From: a virus
Taxonomy: Duplodnaviria; Caudoviricetes
Direction: 5' to 3' (one strand)
Length of the DNA stretch: 64,000 bases
Virus record (IMG/VR): IMGVR_UViG_2593339225_000003
Span: 32,001-96,000 of that record
Under the pieces are notes generated by a model. The model did no database searches and was not told where the DNA came from. It was given only the letters and a program-made list of their open reading frames with translations. A program made the position numbers and the translations under genes. This document shows positions 63,476 through 64,000 of this stretch, one piece after another (positions within the stretch are counted from its first letter, which is position 1; each line of letters starts with the position of its first letter).

Positions 63476-63553
63476 ACGGGCATAACTCAGTTTGATTAGA
63501 GTACCTGCTTTGGGAGCAGGGGGTCGCAGGTTTGAGTCCTGTCGCCCGTACCA
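63476..63553 (+). tRNA. tRNA-Pro(TGG), degenerate
   Basis: CCTGC-TT TGG GA-GCAGG and CCA; D-loop lacks GG, T-loop reads TTTGAGT. Confidence 0.7.
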
Positions 63554-63573
63554 AAATTAAAAGAGGGATTGAA

Positions 63574-64000
63574 ATGAGTAAAAAATACAGTGAGTTCGAC
63601 AAACGTATGAAAAAGTATGAATATGTCACGCGAACATATTTGACAACACGAACTCCCGCAATCATTAGGATAGATGGCAAAAGTTTTCATATATTCACCA
63701 GAGGGTTTAAGAAACCATTTGATGATGTCCTTTCCAACGCTATGCAAGCAACAATGAAATATCTTTGTGAAAACATTCAAGGTTGCGTTCTTGGATATAC
63801 TCAATCAGATGAAATCACATTGGTTTTAGTTGATTATAAGGGTATTGATACTTGTGCTTGGTTTGATTACAACATTCAGAAATGTGCGAGTGTTGCCGCA
63901 AGTATGGCTACATTGGTATTTAAGCAGTTTTTTGATTATCAAAATAATTGTTGGTATGAAAAATCAGATAAGGGTAATTCATTTACGAGTTCGGATATAG
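63574..64000 (+). CDS. tRNA(His) guanylyltransferase Thg1-like protein (partial, runs off the window)
   Basis: My translation: RMKKYE...IIRIDGKSFHIFT..FKKPFD...GYTQSDEITL...WFDYNIQK; not in the ORF track. Confidence 0.9.
   Translation, partial: MSKKYSEFDKRMKKYEYVTRTYLTTRTPAIIRIDGKSFHIFTRGFKKPFDDVLSNAMQATMKYLCENIQGCVLGYTQSDEITLVLVDYKGIDTCAWFDYNIQKCASVAASMATLVFKQFFDYQNNCWYEKSDKGNSFTSSDI

Overview
This is a 64 kb piece of a large, AT-rich Bacillota (probably clostridial) phage genome with SPbeta/c-st-like organisation. Left arm (1-25.7 kb, minus strand): tail and head genes, portal, terminase, HU, metallophosphoesterase, ClpP-like protein, MBL/beta-CASP nuclease, 4 tRNAs, GIY-YIG genes and a YonO-like single-subunit RNA polymerase. 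An AT-rich divergence region with iteron-like repeats lies at 25.7-27.4 kb, and a second repeat locus at 34.9-35.6 kb. Right arm (plus strand): many small early genes behind near-consensus sigmaA promoters sharing an operator-like motif, a beta-clamp, two tyrosine-recombinase-fold proteins around a MazF-like gene, decayed NAD-salvage genes, and a complete DGR whose RT is fused to a SLOG domain. It ends in a dense RNA island with tRNAs, a tmRNA, tRNA-like RNAs, candidate large structured RNAs and a Thg1-like gene. Two things stand out. First, eight copies of a covarying ncRNA scaffold carry tRNA-derived cargo, two of them circularly permuted tRNAs as in Y RNA/YrlA, and flank a 744-aa helical/TerD-like protein. 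Second, a stand-alone TnpB/Cas12f-like nuclease sits next to an anti-repeat (tracrRNA candidate) and an 8-repeat CRISPR array. All family calls are by eye from motifs and synteny; no database searches were run.
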